The notes beneath the pieces are model-generated. The model searched no databases. It worked only from the letters and a program-made list of their open reading frames with translations, and was not told the origin of the DNA. Positions 1 through 13,883 of a stretch of DNA of 64,000 nucleotides are shown in pieces. How positions within the stretch are numbered: the stretch's first letter is position 1; the number at the start of each line of letters is the position of its first letter. The DNA lies in NCBI GenBank assembly GCA_951406725.2, contig OX597840.1:558001-622000 (forward strand), read 5' to 3'. Origin of the DNA: Octopus vulgaris (Eukaryota). A program made the translations under genes and the position numbers.

Positions 1-329
1 TAATTTTTTAACTCTCCAATCCTGTTTTAATTGTTTAATGCTACATATATGCGTACGTATGAGGATGTAACTTGCTGACCCATTTCAATGCAGAAATAGC
101 ATACCTGGAATTTCAGCTTTCTAGTTGAAGTATTTTCGGAGTTATGCGCCTTTTAAGCTTTACTCACTAGGTGGCACTAGATTTACACTTCAGTATTTCC
201 GCCGCCTAAATCCTTGTAAACGCAAGTGAGATGAGGAATAAAAATGTACCTACATATTTTAAAGATTACTGATTTGAAATTAGCGTAATAATAAATCCCA
301 GAGCGAGTTATAAACAGTAGCTACAACAC

Positions 330-693
330 ATCGTGACGTATATTTGTCATTTAAATATGGCTAACCCTTAAGGGTGGATGCTACTGTAGCTTGTAGCTCC
401 AGGAGGACACCTCCTCCAGCTGGCCATAGACACTTTCTGTGCCCTATCAGTATTTGCAAAGTGAAGCCATCCTTCCCGTCTTCAACTTATGATACACACG
501 GACTCGAGTTTCTGAGTATTGACCTGTCATCGGCGTGTGACAATCACAGTTGTCGATGAGAAGTAGGTTCCCTTCACAAATACCTTTTTCCAGTATCGAT
601 AGACACTGATATCGAAAAAGTGTGGGCAACAAACTACAGTGGCATCCACCCTTAAGGGTTAGCCATATTTAAATGGCAAATATACGTCATGAT
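330..693. mobile_element. Inverted-repeat PLE-like fragment carrying a hammerhead
   Basis: ~60-bp inverted arms at 330-389 and 634-693 (3 mismatches) enclose an HHR fold on the minus strand. Confidence 0.7.
495..539 (-). ncRNA. Minimal type-I hammerhead-like motif (U4C core, weak stem II)
   Basis: Minus strand reads cacacg CCGATGA caggtcaatactca GAAA CTCGAG TC cgtgtg: 6-bp stem I, palindromic stem III ACTCGAGT, GUC site. Confidence 0.7.
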
Positions 694-890
694 TTCAAAT
701 TGCTCTATGCAAAGGTTTAAAACTAGGCTATTTAAAGAGAAGCCATTACAAAAATTCGATAACATACAACATTATAAACAATACATATTTTTAACTTTAT
801 AGGTTTAATTCCAATTTTAAATAACTGTATTAAAAAAAGGGTGCTGAATGTTAGCAACTATTTAAACATAACTAAGAATTAATATATACA

Positions 891-1263
891 CTTTTACTCT
901 TTTACTTGTTTCAGTCATTTGACTGCAGCCATGCTGAAGCACAGCCTTTAGTCGAGCAAATCGACCCCGGGACTTATTCTTTGTAAGCCCAGTACTTATT
1001 CTATCGGTCTCTTTTGCCAAACTGCTAAGTGACGGGGACGTAAACACCAGCGTCGGTTGTCAAGCAATGCTAGGGGGACAAACACAAACATACACGCACA
1101 CATATATATACATATATACAACGGGCTTCTTTCAGTTTCCGTCAACCAAATCCACTCACAAGGCTTTGGTCGGCCCGAGGCTATAGTAGAAGACACTTGC
1201 CCAAGGTGTCACGCAGTGAGACTGAACCCGGAACCGTGTGGTTGGTAAGCAAGCTATTTACCA
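891..1263 (-). mobile_element. Abundant tRNA-derived SINE (family A), near full length
   Basis: Reverse complement of the copies at 14955, 16348, 51774, 62585 and 63253; ends in a gtaaaaga repeat tail. Confidence 0.85.
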
Positions 1264-1273
1264 TGCATCCACT

Positions 1274-1307
<34 letters not shown>

Positions 1308-2225
1308 CCATACTTCTATATACTAATGCACATAAAAAATCTCTCACACACACATGCGTGCACATACACACAAACACACACATACAGACACATGTATATT
1401 TATAAAAGCTCGGGGCCAACAAACACACATATTTACACAGCTATACAAACACACATATACACACATGCAAAGACACGCGCGCACGCACACACACACACAC
1501 ACACATATATATGTATATATCGAGAGGGAGAAGTTCCTCTATAAGTATAGATAGAGATGTACTTACATATGATAACATCATTATAAAAACAAGATGTCAG
1601 CCTTTGAATTTTACATCGACAGATATATTCGGTGAAGTGAACAGTTAATGCGTTATTCCCGTTATATCATATTGTAAATATCCGGTTTGCTATAAAATTT
1701 CCGGTTTGTTTTATTGTTTACAATCAATAAATCAATCAGTTGCCCTCACATTATTTTAGCTTGACAGTAAGAATTTAATATCCTGTTGACACTAAATGAA
1801 AATGTCAGACGTCTTAAATAAAAGAGATGAATTATTTAAAATGTGGTACTTCTCGGCAATACCTCAAGGCTGTAGCTACTTTCACTTAGAGAGGCAGATA
1901 GACAAATGCACTTATATATCTGTTGTTGTTGCTGTTCAGATTGAAGTCAGCCTTAATCCAACTGCCTAGAGTGAAATGTAATATATCGTTCGCTATTCTT
2001 GCATTTTCGGGTTATGTCGGGGTTTTACATTCACGGAGAGTCTTGGGGGATGTGGGCTCGAGTGCCAAGGCTGTTTGTTGACAAATTTTTCTGCCTTGTA
2101 AGGACAATTCACCCAACATTTCTGCTCTTCTAATGGCAATTCTTCGTTCAAAAATGTATCTTCTTGTTTGTATCGTACAATACAGCTTTTGACGCTTGTA
2201 ATAAAATTTGAAACCAGTATAATAA

Positions 2226-2259
<34 letters not shown>

Positions 2260-2262
2260 GAT

Positions 2263-2765
<503 letters not shown>

Positions 2766-2799
2766 GCTGTTGTTGTTGTTGTTATAGTGATTGCTACTT

Positions 2800-3600
2800 C
2801 TTTACAGAAGATGGCCAATTCTTCTCTTCAGTTGGTAATTGCCATCTAAGAACTCTAATTCCTAGCAAGTCTGACTTTGGACCAACAGACTTTACTGCAG
2901 ATATTACAAACATTTTTGACCAGAGAAGTGTTTTGATTTTGAAGTCAAGTCCTGTTTGCGAAGTCCTCGTCTGAAGATGGATTGTTCGATCTTCCGCGTT
3001 TCAAAATTTCCAATGCCAATGGAGATCACTTAATTCCAAACAGTCCGATCTTTTCCTCAATCGTTCCAACTCTTCAAAATTCACGCTAAGAAACTTAAGG
3101 TTGTTTTTGGCGGCTTCCTTAAAAAGGGTTTTGAGGTTTATGTCAAGGACATTTGTGGAGGTGCAATGGCCCAGTGGGCAGCAGACTCGCGGTTTCGATT
3201 CCCAGTCCGGGCATTGTATGTGTTTATTGAGCGAAAACACCTAAAAGGTCCACGAGGCTCCGGCAGGGGGTGATGGCAACCCCTGTTGTACTCTTTCGCC
3301 CAAGCTTTCTCTCACTCTTTCTTCCTGTTTCTTGAGTAACACTGCGATGGACTGGTGTCCCGTCCAGTTGGGAGAAGACATACGCCACAGAAACCGGGAA
3401 ACCGGGCCCATGAGCCTGGCTAGGCTTGAAAAGGGCGAAAAGAGAAAATGATGTCAAGGACATTTACCAGGTGCGGTGTATGGCTTAGGGGTCAATGGGT
3501 GACCGAATTGATTTTCGTAGCTGGGGAAGCACATCGACGCAGAAACGAATGTTTTACGATCTAATGACGATACAGATATCCGTAATAAAATGTTTGCTCA
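2800..3600 (-). mobile_element. Decayed RTE-like LINE 3' end, interrupted by a SINE
   Basis: Minus-strand fragments DINLKTLFKEAAKNNLK... and a terminal Cys motif VCNICSKVCWSK resemble RTE ORF C-termini; frameshifted. Confidence 0.55.
3155..3450 (+). mobile_element. tRNA-derived SINE with 15-bp target-site duplication
   Basis: A/B-box-like head (gtttcgattccc); V-domain-like gcgatggactggtgtcccgtccag; TSD atgtcaaggacattt at 3140-3154 and 3451-3465. Confidence 0.85.
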
Positions 3601-4146
3601 TATTAGTTTACCTGGGAATTTTTTCTCTCTGAATATACTTGCAGCATAAGGCTTTAGCATGCCCGATTACAATCGATTGGGGTGAACATTTTACACGATA
3701 ATCCGATGTTATATCTGCCATTGGTAATCATATAAACTAGTGTAACCTGTTTCTTAGTCAGACCTTCGGTGACTAAACCGATTAAACCAGTTAAGGTTAT
3801 CAACCTTGTGTAGGGAGAATGGATGGATATTGTGACAAAAGCAAAAACAATATCTGTCTACAAAGACTGTCGTGATTTCGAAGCACGCGCTCTTCTCTTC
3901 TGAATTTGGCACCGGTTTGAAATATTTTCAAGAGAAAGTTTACGATTCTGGCCGTGGATTAAGAAAATAGTGGGAAGAAATTTTAGCAATTTTTGGCAAA
4001 ATATGTACACTTTTGCCAATTTATAACAAAAAGTTCGTGAAATATTTAAAATGTTGGATAGATAGAAAACTATAACAAAATAATTTGGCAAAAAATGTGA
4101 ATTTTAAAATTATTTTCTGAGATTTTACAAAAACAACAAAAATATT

Positions 4147-4517
4147 TATTCTCTTGAAAAACGCCGCCGCCGTGGTGATCTCATTCTCGCCCACAACATC
4201 ATAAGCGGAAAGTGTAACCTCTCGAAAGAGCTGTTCCTCACTCCTGCTCCAGAGCGTCGGCTGCGGGGTCATTCCGAAAAGCTCTACCTGCGACGATTTC
4301 ATCTTAATCGAAGGAGAGGAGCTTTCTCCGTCCGAGTTGCGGATCCGTGGAACAAGCTGCCAGACGAGATGGTGAAGATGCCGATGACCGCTCGGTTCAA
4401 AGTCTCTCTTAACCAGAAATGGCCTGAACTCTTTGCATGAACACCACACTGTACTTAACTCCATGTCCCCCTACATGCTTTTGCTTTTGAGCCAAATTAA
4501 CTAACTAACTAACTAAC
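4147..4517 (+). mobile_element. Young 5'-truncated CR1-like LINE 3' end
   Basis: Open frame YSLEKRRRRGDLILAH...RGHSEKL...FSVRVADPWNKLP...WPELFA* (4147-4440), short 3' UTR, (CTAA)n tail. Confidence 0.85.
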
Positions 4518-4955
4518 ATATTATTAAAAAAAACTTGGCTTCGAATTCGATCCGATGGAACCAATGGAAGCTGCATGTCTTGATGTCATATGCCAGTTAA
4601 AGTCAGGAGCATGCTCATCCAAGTGTAGGTAATAAGAACATAATATTAAGTTTGTAATTAATTGATAAACACTAGTAATGCTATTAATAATATAAACATT
4701 TCAAATAAACAAATGAGAAATGCTTTTTAATTTAATTTTAAATTAAATAAATATTATAATTTTGAAAATTAATATTCATTATATTTGTATTTATTCAGCA
4801 TGATATTTGAAAAGAATTAAAACTTTATAGTTAGGTTACATATGTAACATTAACCGATATTTACCCTACAGAGACAAAATATATTTACCCGAGCCTAAAT
4901 TTAAGCTTCATATGATGAATAACATTATCTTATACATATATATGCATATATATAC

Positions 4956-4995
<40 letters not shown>

Positions 4996-5001
<6 letters not shown>

Positions 5002-5283
5002 GCAAGACAAATGAAAATACACGAAATAAAAATGATTACCCATGTACCGATCAGTTTCGATTCTTAATATCCGCAAGGATAAACTGCAATCTCGTCAGCA
5101 TGGTCTGTCATATAGAAATACAATTTGCAGGACTAGATGCAAAAACGTTTGACCGAAGTCTCGCATGCATGGAGTCCAACCGATTATATTTTTGTGTATT
5201 TTTGCGGATATTAACAATCGAAACTGATCGGTACATAGGTAATCATTTTTATTTCGTATATTTTCATTTGTCTTGCTTATTTT
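4996..5283. mobile_element. Inverted-repeat PLE-like fragment next to (TA)n
   Basis: ~80-bp inverted arms at 4996-5076 and 5202-5283; the left arm overlaps an intact HHR. Confidence 0.75.
5040..5103 (-). ncRNA. Type-I hammerhead ribozyme, canonical core
   Basis: Minus strand reads ccatg CTGACGA GATT..tatcc ttgc ggata..AATC GAAA CTGATCGG TA catgg; all three stems pair; GUA site. Confidence 0.85.
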
Positions 5284-5600
5284 TAATGCTTTGGTTTGTG
5301 CTAAGTTTATATTTGAGAACATATTCTTGGTGGAAAATAGCGATTTGACGTCTATATCTAGCATGTTGACCGTCCACTTTTAGTGGTCAGTCCTTTAAAT
5401 TTTGTATGTAAAAATATTTTAATCTTCGGATTTTTTTTAATATGCTGGGCCACTGGTTTTAATTGATTAATATCAAGTTCTACCCTTATTAAATTTTAAT
5501 TTATATATATATATATATATATTAATAATAAATATTAGAGATTAAATCCAAACTTGCAGGGAAAAATCAGATTTTGGATTGAATCCAATTTTATAGTAAA

Positions 5601-5803
5601 ATATTATATTATATTAAATTAGAGACAAAACCACTATTATCAAATCAAACAATGAAAAACTTAGGCCAATACATATAATTAATTAATTATATTTTTTAAT
5701 AATTTTGTTATATATTTAAATAATATTAATTAATCATATGTATTGACTTAAGTTTTTCATTGTTTGATTTGCCTAATAGTGGTTTTGTCTCTAATTTAAT
5801 ATA

Positions 5804-5812
<9 letters not shown>
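5601..5812. repeat. AT-rich inverted repeat between (TA)n tracts
   Basis: Arms ~5601-5685 and ~5724-5812 (aaattagagacaaaaccactatta / taatagtggttttgtctctaattt). Confidence 0.75.
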
Positions 5813-5860
<48 letters not shown>

Positions 5861-5985
5861 CGTTTGGGGATTTGGATTGAAAGATCCTTTATGTGAGTTT
5901 GTGTGTTGAAGCATAGTTTGTTTAATCTGGGGAAAGTCATTCTCTTTTAGTGCCTTATAATTTAACAAACTCACCGTTAAAGTTT

Positions 5986-6051
<66 letters not shown>

Positions 6052-6244
6052 AATACCAAATGTGTATATATCATGTATATCTTATACAACTCACTATAAA
6101 AATAATCAACTGTGTATATTTGAAGGATATCCAGTGTGCACAGTGCACGTACGCTAAATGAAGGACAGCCAGGGTACATACACACGCATATACACATACA
6201 TACACACATATATAGTTAGATATATACCTATATATATATTTACA

Positions 6245-6314
<70 letters not shown>

Positions 6315-7117
6315 AACGACACAAGAGGTGTATATAACATGTATGTTCGATATACTTTACCATAAATAACATTTCTATGTATATTTTGAAAGATAAGCAG
6401 GGTGTACACGGCACGTATGATTTAATATGTATATATTTGAAGGATAAGCCGGGTATATACAGCATGTATGTTTTAACAAATTTTCCATCGCATCAATCAT
6501 TTGGAAGGAAACTTGTAAAAACGTATCCACACACGCACGCACATGCACGCGCACTTTAACACACACAGAGATAAGCTTATATACATATATACACATTTGT
6601 ACTTTCGTGGTAATATATTCAGACATTGCACGCATACAGTGAAAAAGACAAGTATGTATGTTCAGGCACACAGACATATATATATATATATATATATACA
6701 TATACATACACACGTGCCTATATACATACATGCATGTATACACATATACATGCGTACATGCATGCATACATACATATATACATACATGCCTACATACATA
6801 TATACATGCACATATCGATAGTACACGTATACGTACGCATGTATGCATATGCATACACATACGCATACATGGATAGACATACATGTACATACATACACAT
6901 ATACATACACACCTTTATAAATACACATTCTAAATACAAGTATGCACACACACACACACACACACATACATATACATACACATAAAGACCTCGCACATAT
7001 ATACATAATGTGTGTGTGTGTGTATGTATAAATATATATATATATATATCTTATTATAAAAGGCAGATTTTATCTGCCTCCCTTTGTATATATATAAATG
7101 TATAACATATATAACAG

Positions 7118-7400
7118 TGAAGGCGCATGGCTTAGTGGGTAACGTGTTGCACTCACGATTGCGAGAACATGGGTTCGATTCCCAGACCGGGCGTTGAGTT
7201 GTGTGCTTGAGCGAAAAACTTCATCTGACGTTGTTCTGCGATCACTTCGACATCTGGTATGTGGCAGCCAGTTGCACCCAGTTGCACCTGTACAGGTAAT
7301 GCCGATCTGATGGAAGGAACGAGCATATGTCTACACAGACATTTGATCACTATAAACAAATCATCTGTGTGGTTGTTCGGTAAGAAGATAGTCGAAGAGT
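7118..7400 (+). mobile_element. tRNA-derived SINE (family C)
   Basis: Head tggcttagtgg...gggttcgattccc; related diverged copy at ~16860-17150. Confidence 0.7.
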
Positions 7401-7442
7401 GTCTAACGACGGCAGAATTCATCATGTGTGTATATATATATA

Positions 7443-7654
7443 TATTTCTTTACTACCCACAAGGGGCTAAACATAGAGGGGACAAACAAGGACAGACAAA
7501 GGGATTAAGTGCGAAACTGGTACTTAATTTATCGACCCCGAAAGGATGAAAGGCAAAGTCGACCTCGGCGGAATTTGAACTCGGAACGTAACGACAGACG
7601 AAATACTGCTACGAATTTCGCCCAGCGTGCTAACGTTTCTACCAGCTCGCCGCC
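7443..7654 (-). mobile_element. Nin/Deu-domain-like SINE (family B)
   Basis: Contains the reverse of gtcgactttgcctttcatcctttcggggtcgat; other copies at 18314, 22047 and 48833. Confidence 0.8.
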
Positions 7655-7799
7655 TTAATGTATATATATAATGTGTATATATATATATATGCGTGTGTGT
7701 GTGTGTTGATTGTATACATACTCACACATACCCATTCGCGCGCCCGCCCGCACGCACGCACACACACACACACACACACACACCGACTTACATATATTC

Positions 7800-8965
7800 G
7801 TATTTAGGTATTTGGGCGCAAGTTAAATAATTTCATGTTTCGTTTTCTTGAAGAACGGCTTGATGTATTAGCGGATAGTCAACGGCATTGGAGAGCTTAA
7901 TGATTGAAGTTGTATTAGCGAAAATGCTATAAAAGAATATTGGAAAAGAGTTACTGGAATGATGGTGGTTGGCAGCGGATACGAAACTGCTGACTTTATG
8001 TCTCCTAGTCAATGCTCTGCTGTATGATGTTACTTGGACAGCTTCAATGGAGACTACGAAGCCGTGGCCAGCAGGAAGTGACACACCAAGTGTTCTAAGA
8101 GCGTTCGTAAGTCGGAATGTATCCAACAATCACAGGATAAGGTGATGGAAGGTCTGAGCAAGAGATTCGGGGCTCTGGCGAGGGAGACAGGTTGTGGAGT
8201 CTCCAACATAAAGCTTACGTTCGTACAAGAGGCGGAAGGAGAAAATACTGGCAGCGATGCCATAGAGAACTGTTTGACGAAGGCAAAGAAAACGCTCAAC
8301 TAACTGAGGCACCCTACTAAGCCAGAGAAAAAAATAGTTCTCATCAGATGAAAGGAACTTTATTAGGACCAGTTGCACAGCAACAGGTGATGTCCCACAT
8401 ATCGTAAAAGCCAATTGCTCCCTAAACTGTGTTGGTCCTTGGATATGACTTCAGTGTAATGACGTTACGCTGCCTTAAATTTCTGAACAGGACCTTAGCC
8501 ATAATTCAAACGCCTATGTGAACTACGAGAAACTGGGGTCAATTTCTGGCTGGAGAGGATTATTGCTGGGAGTCCATATGTGAGGCAGTGGGATTCAGCT
8601 CCTTGTCATACCCCGGAAATGATTCAGAACTAACTGTTGAAGAATTTCTACGACTTCACCTACTCCAATCTCTGGCACCTATTTTCCTTTGTTGTAATCT
8701 CATTGATTACTAGGTGTGAGGTGCGGTTAAGAAGGACACCGACCAATCTGTCGGTAGCTACGAAGGCCAAGTTCTTGGTCAAGATCAAGGAGGAATTCGA
8801 AGACCCTTTCAGAGACATTGTAATGGATTCATGAGCCAGGTTCCAGGGACGTCTTGGAATCGTGGTGGAAGCTGATGACGTGTAATCTGAGTACACTGTT
8901 ATCTTTCATCCAGAGAATTCTTTAATTTTTGGACCGGATATTGTTTTCTTTTCCTTTTGCACAAA
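7800..8965 (+). mobile_element. Decayed Tc1/mariner (maT/DD37D-like) transposon
   Basis: Frameshifted motifs FSSDERNF, PYVRQWDSAPCH, KNFYDFT..LW..CNLIDY and RFQGRLGIVVEAD. Confidence 0.7.
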
Positions 8966-9029
8966 CAAATAATCTATCTATCTATTTATCTATCTGTGTG
9001 TCTGTCTGTCTATCTATCCATCCATCCAG

Positions 9030-9133
<104 letters not shown>

Positions 9134-10056
9134 TTATTTATCTATCTATCTATCTATCTATGTTCCTACGACATAGGATTACAGTGACCTTGGAGGCGGA
9201 TACAACGGTCGTAGTGTAAGTAGTAGTGGTGGTGATGGTGGTGGTGGTGGCGGTGATGGGGTGTGTGGCATTAATCGCGTCGGTGTGGTCGTAGTATTGA
9301 TGGCGATTGTGTTATTAGTGGTAGTTTTGATGGTGGTGATGATGATGATGGAGATTGTGAAGGTGATGGCGAAGGTACTGGTGGTGGTTGTGGTGGTGAT
9401 GGCGGTGATGGTGGAGGCGTTGGTAGTCGTGGTGGTGACGGTGGTAACGATAAAGGTGGTGGTATTAGTAATCGTTAGTGATGTTGTTTGTGGTGATAGT
9501 GATGGTGATGATATCGGTGGGGGCGATGGTGGTGGTTGTTGTTGTGTTCCTCGTCGTAGTGGTGGTGGTGGTAGAAAGCGATACAGTAATGGTTATACTT
9601 ACGTTTTGTTATGCTAAACGAAAAAAAAAAAGAAAATGGCGGACTTAGTTTGAAAGAAGATTTACAAACAGAAGAAACAACAAAACAAAAACAATAAAAA
9701 AGTAAAACAAAAAAGACGAAAACAAATAAATGTAATAAACAAACAATTAGAAAAAAAGGAGGAAAAAGATTAAAAAAAATAAAAGCAAATAGAATGAAAT
9801 AAATATGAAACAAAAAAGAGAATTTTAAAAAGGAAAGGAAAAAATATACTTATATTGAAGAATAAATTTATGGCTTTTAACACACTAATGAATGTGTGTG
9901 TGTGTGTGTGTGTGTGTACACATATATCCGAAAGATTCATAGTAAAAAGAAAGGCATCTGACAGCTAGTAATAACATTATGTGCGTACGTATATTATACA
10001 AATACATACATACTTACACACACACACACATATATATATATATGTATGTTTGTATG

Positions 10057-10088
<32 letters not shown>

Positions 10089-10118
10089 TATATACATATA
10101 TATGTATATATATGTACA

Positions 10119-10161
<43 letters not shown>

Positions 10162-10308
10162 CATATATATATACATATATATGTACATATATGTACATAT
10201 ATGTATATATATATATATATATATTTATACATACTTATATACGTATATATTTATGTATATAAGACAGACAAATAGATAGATAAATATATATATATATATA
10301 TATAGATA

Positions 10309-10343
<35 letters not shown>

Positions 10344-10444
10344 GTAGATACAAATGCATACTGATAAAGGCGTGGGAGGAGTAACAGAGATAAATTTAGA
10401 GTTGTTAAGGGGAGAGAGTAAGATAGATAGATAGGTAGATTGAC

Positions 10445-10527
<83 letters not shown>

Positions 10528-10578
10528 GATAGATAGATAGATAGATAGATAGCTAGATAGATAGATAGATAGAAATAG

Positions 10579-10674
<96 letters not shown>

Positions 10675-10690
10675 TGACAGATAGATGGAT

Positions 10691-10734
<44 letters not shown>

Positions 10735-11794
10735 GTACAGTTTGCGTACGAGGAAGGAATGTAGAAGTGCAGAGGGTAATAAAAGGAGAGAACGTTAGTA
10801 AGATTATGTGTGAGAAGTGGAAAGAGAGAAGAAGAGGAAGACGTGAGTGTGGGTGGGAGGTAGGGCGAGAGAGAATTATTAAGAATGGGAGGAAGAAAAG
10901 GGCGCACGGAGGGAGATGATAGAGATAAGGAAGAAAGAGATAGAGATGGGGAAGGGAGACGGTGAAAGAGAGAGAAAGAGACAGAGATAGAGAGGAGAGA
11001 GAGAAAGAGGAATAGAGAGACAGTGTGGAATGGTTTGAGAGGAAGGGAGAGAATCATTAAGAACCTGTTAGAGAAAAGGACACAGAGAGGGAGATAAGGA
11101 AAAAGAAGAGAAAGATAGAGAAGAGAGAGGGAAAGAGAGAAGGGGAGGAATAGAGAAAGAGAGAGAGATGGGTAAGAGAGAGAGAGAGAATGAGGAAAGG
11201 TGTGAGACGGTGAAATTATGATAAGAAATATGAGAAATGACACATGGAAACTAGTGATGTGTTTTATTGCAGTGAAATAATTTACAGCACACCAATGTGC
11301 ACAGTGTATATATGTGTATATATGGTGTGTGTGTATATTCGATGTATGAATATATATGTGTGTGTGCGTGTGTATGTGTATATATATATGTATGAATACA
11401 TTCATAAATGCATACAGAAATGTGTATATATATACGCATATGCACTTACATAATATATACATGTCTATATTATATGTGTACGGCGTACATTTCAATATAT
11501 ATATATGTGTGTGTGTCTCTGTGCGTGTGTCTGTGTGTGTGTGTGTATGTGCGAATGAACAGACACATAGACGCCCAAACAGCTATACATACACACACAC
11601 ACATACATACATACATACGTACGTACATATATGTATGTATCTATATAGATACATACATATACACGCATACATAATACACATTCACACAAATACACATACA
11701 TATATACATACATACGTACGTAATACACATATTCATATATACATATATATATATATATATCCATATTCATACATACATAATACACACACACACG

Positions 11795-11858
<64 letters not shown>

Positions 11859-12011
11859 TGGAATACGTTGTATAATTCTTCCTATGAAAATGGAATTCTC
11901 GCTTGAAATATGAAAAACTTAATAACAATACAAATCCTCCATACAAGTACCTGGCTAGTGATTCGCAAATACTCATCCACACCCACACATCTACACGTAT
12001 ATCTATCTACC

Positions 12012-12044
<33 letters not shown>

Positions 12045-12045
12045 G

Positions 12046-12444
12046 TTTAGTACAATTGTTTCATACTGTAAACATTTTATTAAAGCTGCAAAAATTACAG
12101 CAAATATAATGTCAAGTAATCTTCAGGTAAATTCCTTAATGTCATAATGTCAAGTAATCTTCAGCTAATTTCATATATCCACATCTTTGTGAGTATATTT
12201 ACCTTCTCTAGGATGTCAATAATTAATTTAAGAACCTTGTATTGTTGGAAAACAAATATGGTCTGCTTGGAATCTTACTTCAAGTTCCTGGAACTCACAT
12301 CTATAACTTTTTAAGTATATTTACATTCTCTAAGATGTTTGGAAAACCTATATGAAATTTAGCTGAAGATTACTTGACATTATATCTACTGTAATTCTTG
12401 CAGCTTTAATAAAATGTTTATAGTATGAAACAATTGTACTGATT
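12046..12444. mobile_element. Inverted-repeat PLE-like fragment with a hammerhead fold in each arm
   Basis: Arms 12049-12126 and 12363-12440; each reads CTGAAGA - long stem II - GAAA CAATTG TA; (TA)n on both sides. Confidence 0.75.
12356..12444 (+). ncRNA. Type-I hammerhead motif with long stem II
   Basis: ttag CTGAAGA ttact...agtat GAAA CAATTG TA ctga; palindromic stem III ACAATTGT. Confidence 0.65.
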
Positions 12445-12563
12445 CATTCTTGTTGCTTATTTTTTGGTTTTAATCACCCCACATAATTTTATGGGTAATA
12501 CCATAAAAAAATTCTGGTGCATATAAGTTAAGTATCATATTCAATTGAATCTAAATTGTTTTG

Positions 12564-12601
<38 letters not shown>

Positions 12602-12865
12602 TGCATGAATCGCATAGAATTACATGTTCCAAATGCTGGTACTCACTCTTAAACACACACACCCAAACACACACACACCTAGATGCTTCCATACACACGG
12701 AATCCCTCACGTAAACCTATCTTTAGTAAAGATATCTTTACTTACATCCATAAGTACACGGACACGTATATATATAAAGTTAATCCAAACATGAAAACAC
12801 AACAACGCGAGGACGTGGAACAAATATAGTATTATTGGACGCTCAGGAAGGAAGGGAAGAAGGAG

Positions 12866-12902
12866 TGTTTAACGTTTCAAGCGGAGCTCTTCGTCGGAAA
12901 CA
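12866..12902 (-). ncRNA. Minimal hammerhead variant CCGACGA-A (element ~12778-12980)
   Basis: Minus strand reads tgttt CCGACGA A GAGC tcc GCTT GAAA CG TT aaaca; same family as 51049-51180. Confidence 0.6.
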
Positions 12903-12977
12903 TAGGAGATGGATAGATCCAGAGAAGGGAAGACAGAGGAAAAAATCGCCAACGGTACACACGCGGTCACATTTTGA

Positions 12978-13049
<72 letters not shown>

Positions 13050-13292
13050 GCAGACGTGGCTCTGTGGCAAGAAGCTTGCTTCCCAAGCTCATGGTTACGG
13101 GTTCAATCCCACCTGCGTGGCACATTGGGCAAGTGCCTTCTGCAATACCTTCCGGCCGACTGATGGTCTTGTGGTTGGATGATCTGGCAGACGGAAACTA
13201 AAAGAAGCTAGTCTCATACACACACAAAACAACACACATATATATATATATTTACACATAAACATGGTTATATATGTATATGCATTGGTATA

Positions 13293-13804
13293 TGTATATA
13301 TATAAAACTGTAGTTGTGTGAGTGTCTGTCCCCTTCGATTTAGATTCCTAACTCCTCCCACATTTTGTGGTGCAGTTTAACCAAATTAGGGTATCTTATA
13401 GTCGTGATTCATATCGAGCCCGTCTGGCTATTAGCGCGCGTCAACGATGAGTCTACGATTTTAAAAATAATGTAACATCATTTTTTATTCCATTTTAATG
13501 CATATTTTTTCGTGTATCGATGGCGGCGGAGTTGGCGTCCACGCTCACATCTGCACCTGTTTGCTTCTCCCCTTCTTCCCTCCCTCGTGAAGCTGTGGGG
13601 AAGGGAGTGTAAGGAAATCAACGTCGTAAAGCATTGTCAAGGAGACCAGCGTTCTTTTAGAACAACGACTTCATGGCTTGAAGACACCAAAACAGAAATG
13701 GCTAAGAAAGCCCGATTTGGCATCTATAAGGGAAGTAACTCTCTAAAAATGCTTATATAGTTATTTCCCTTACAAACCCGAGCAACGCCGGGCGATACTG
13801 CTAG
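13293..13804 (+). mobile_element. Non-autonomous Helitron
   Basis: 3' hairpin cccgagcaacgccggg (13777-13792), 8 nt, then CTAG|T; 5' end homologous to the copy at 38147-38541. Confidence 0.8.
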
Positions 13805-13824
13805 TATACATATATAAATAATAA

Positions 13825-13883
<59 letters not shown>

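Noticed and set aside
330-693. Interpreting the inverted-repeat units as MITEs
   Set aside because: Arms are asymmetric in several units, lack superfamily-type TIR ends or a fixed TSD, and overlap or enclose hammerheads; a PLE origin fits better.
7049-7086. Hairpin aggcagat-ttt-atctgcct (also ~40162-40181) as a terminator
   Set aside because: Eukaryotic context; it follows a TC-start shared by two copies and is probably a truncated repeat end, possibly Helitron.
7118-7195. tRNA genes at SINE heads
   Set aside because: A/B boxes are present but there is no complete cloverleaf, and each continues into a SINE body.
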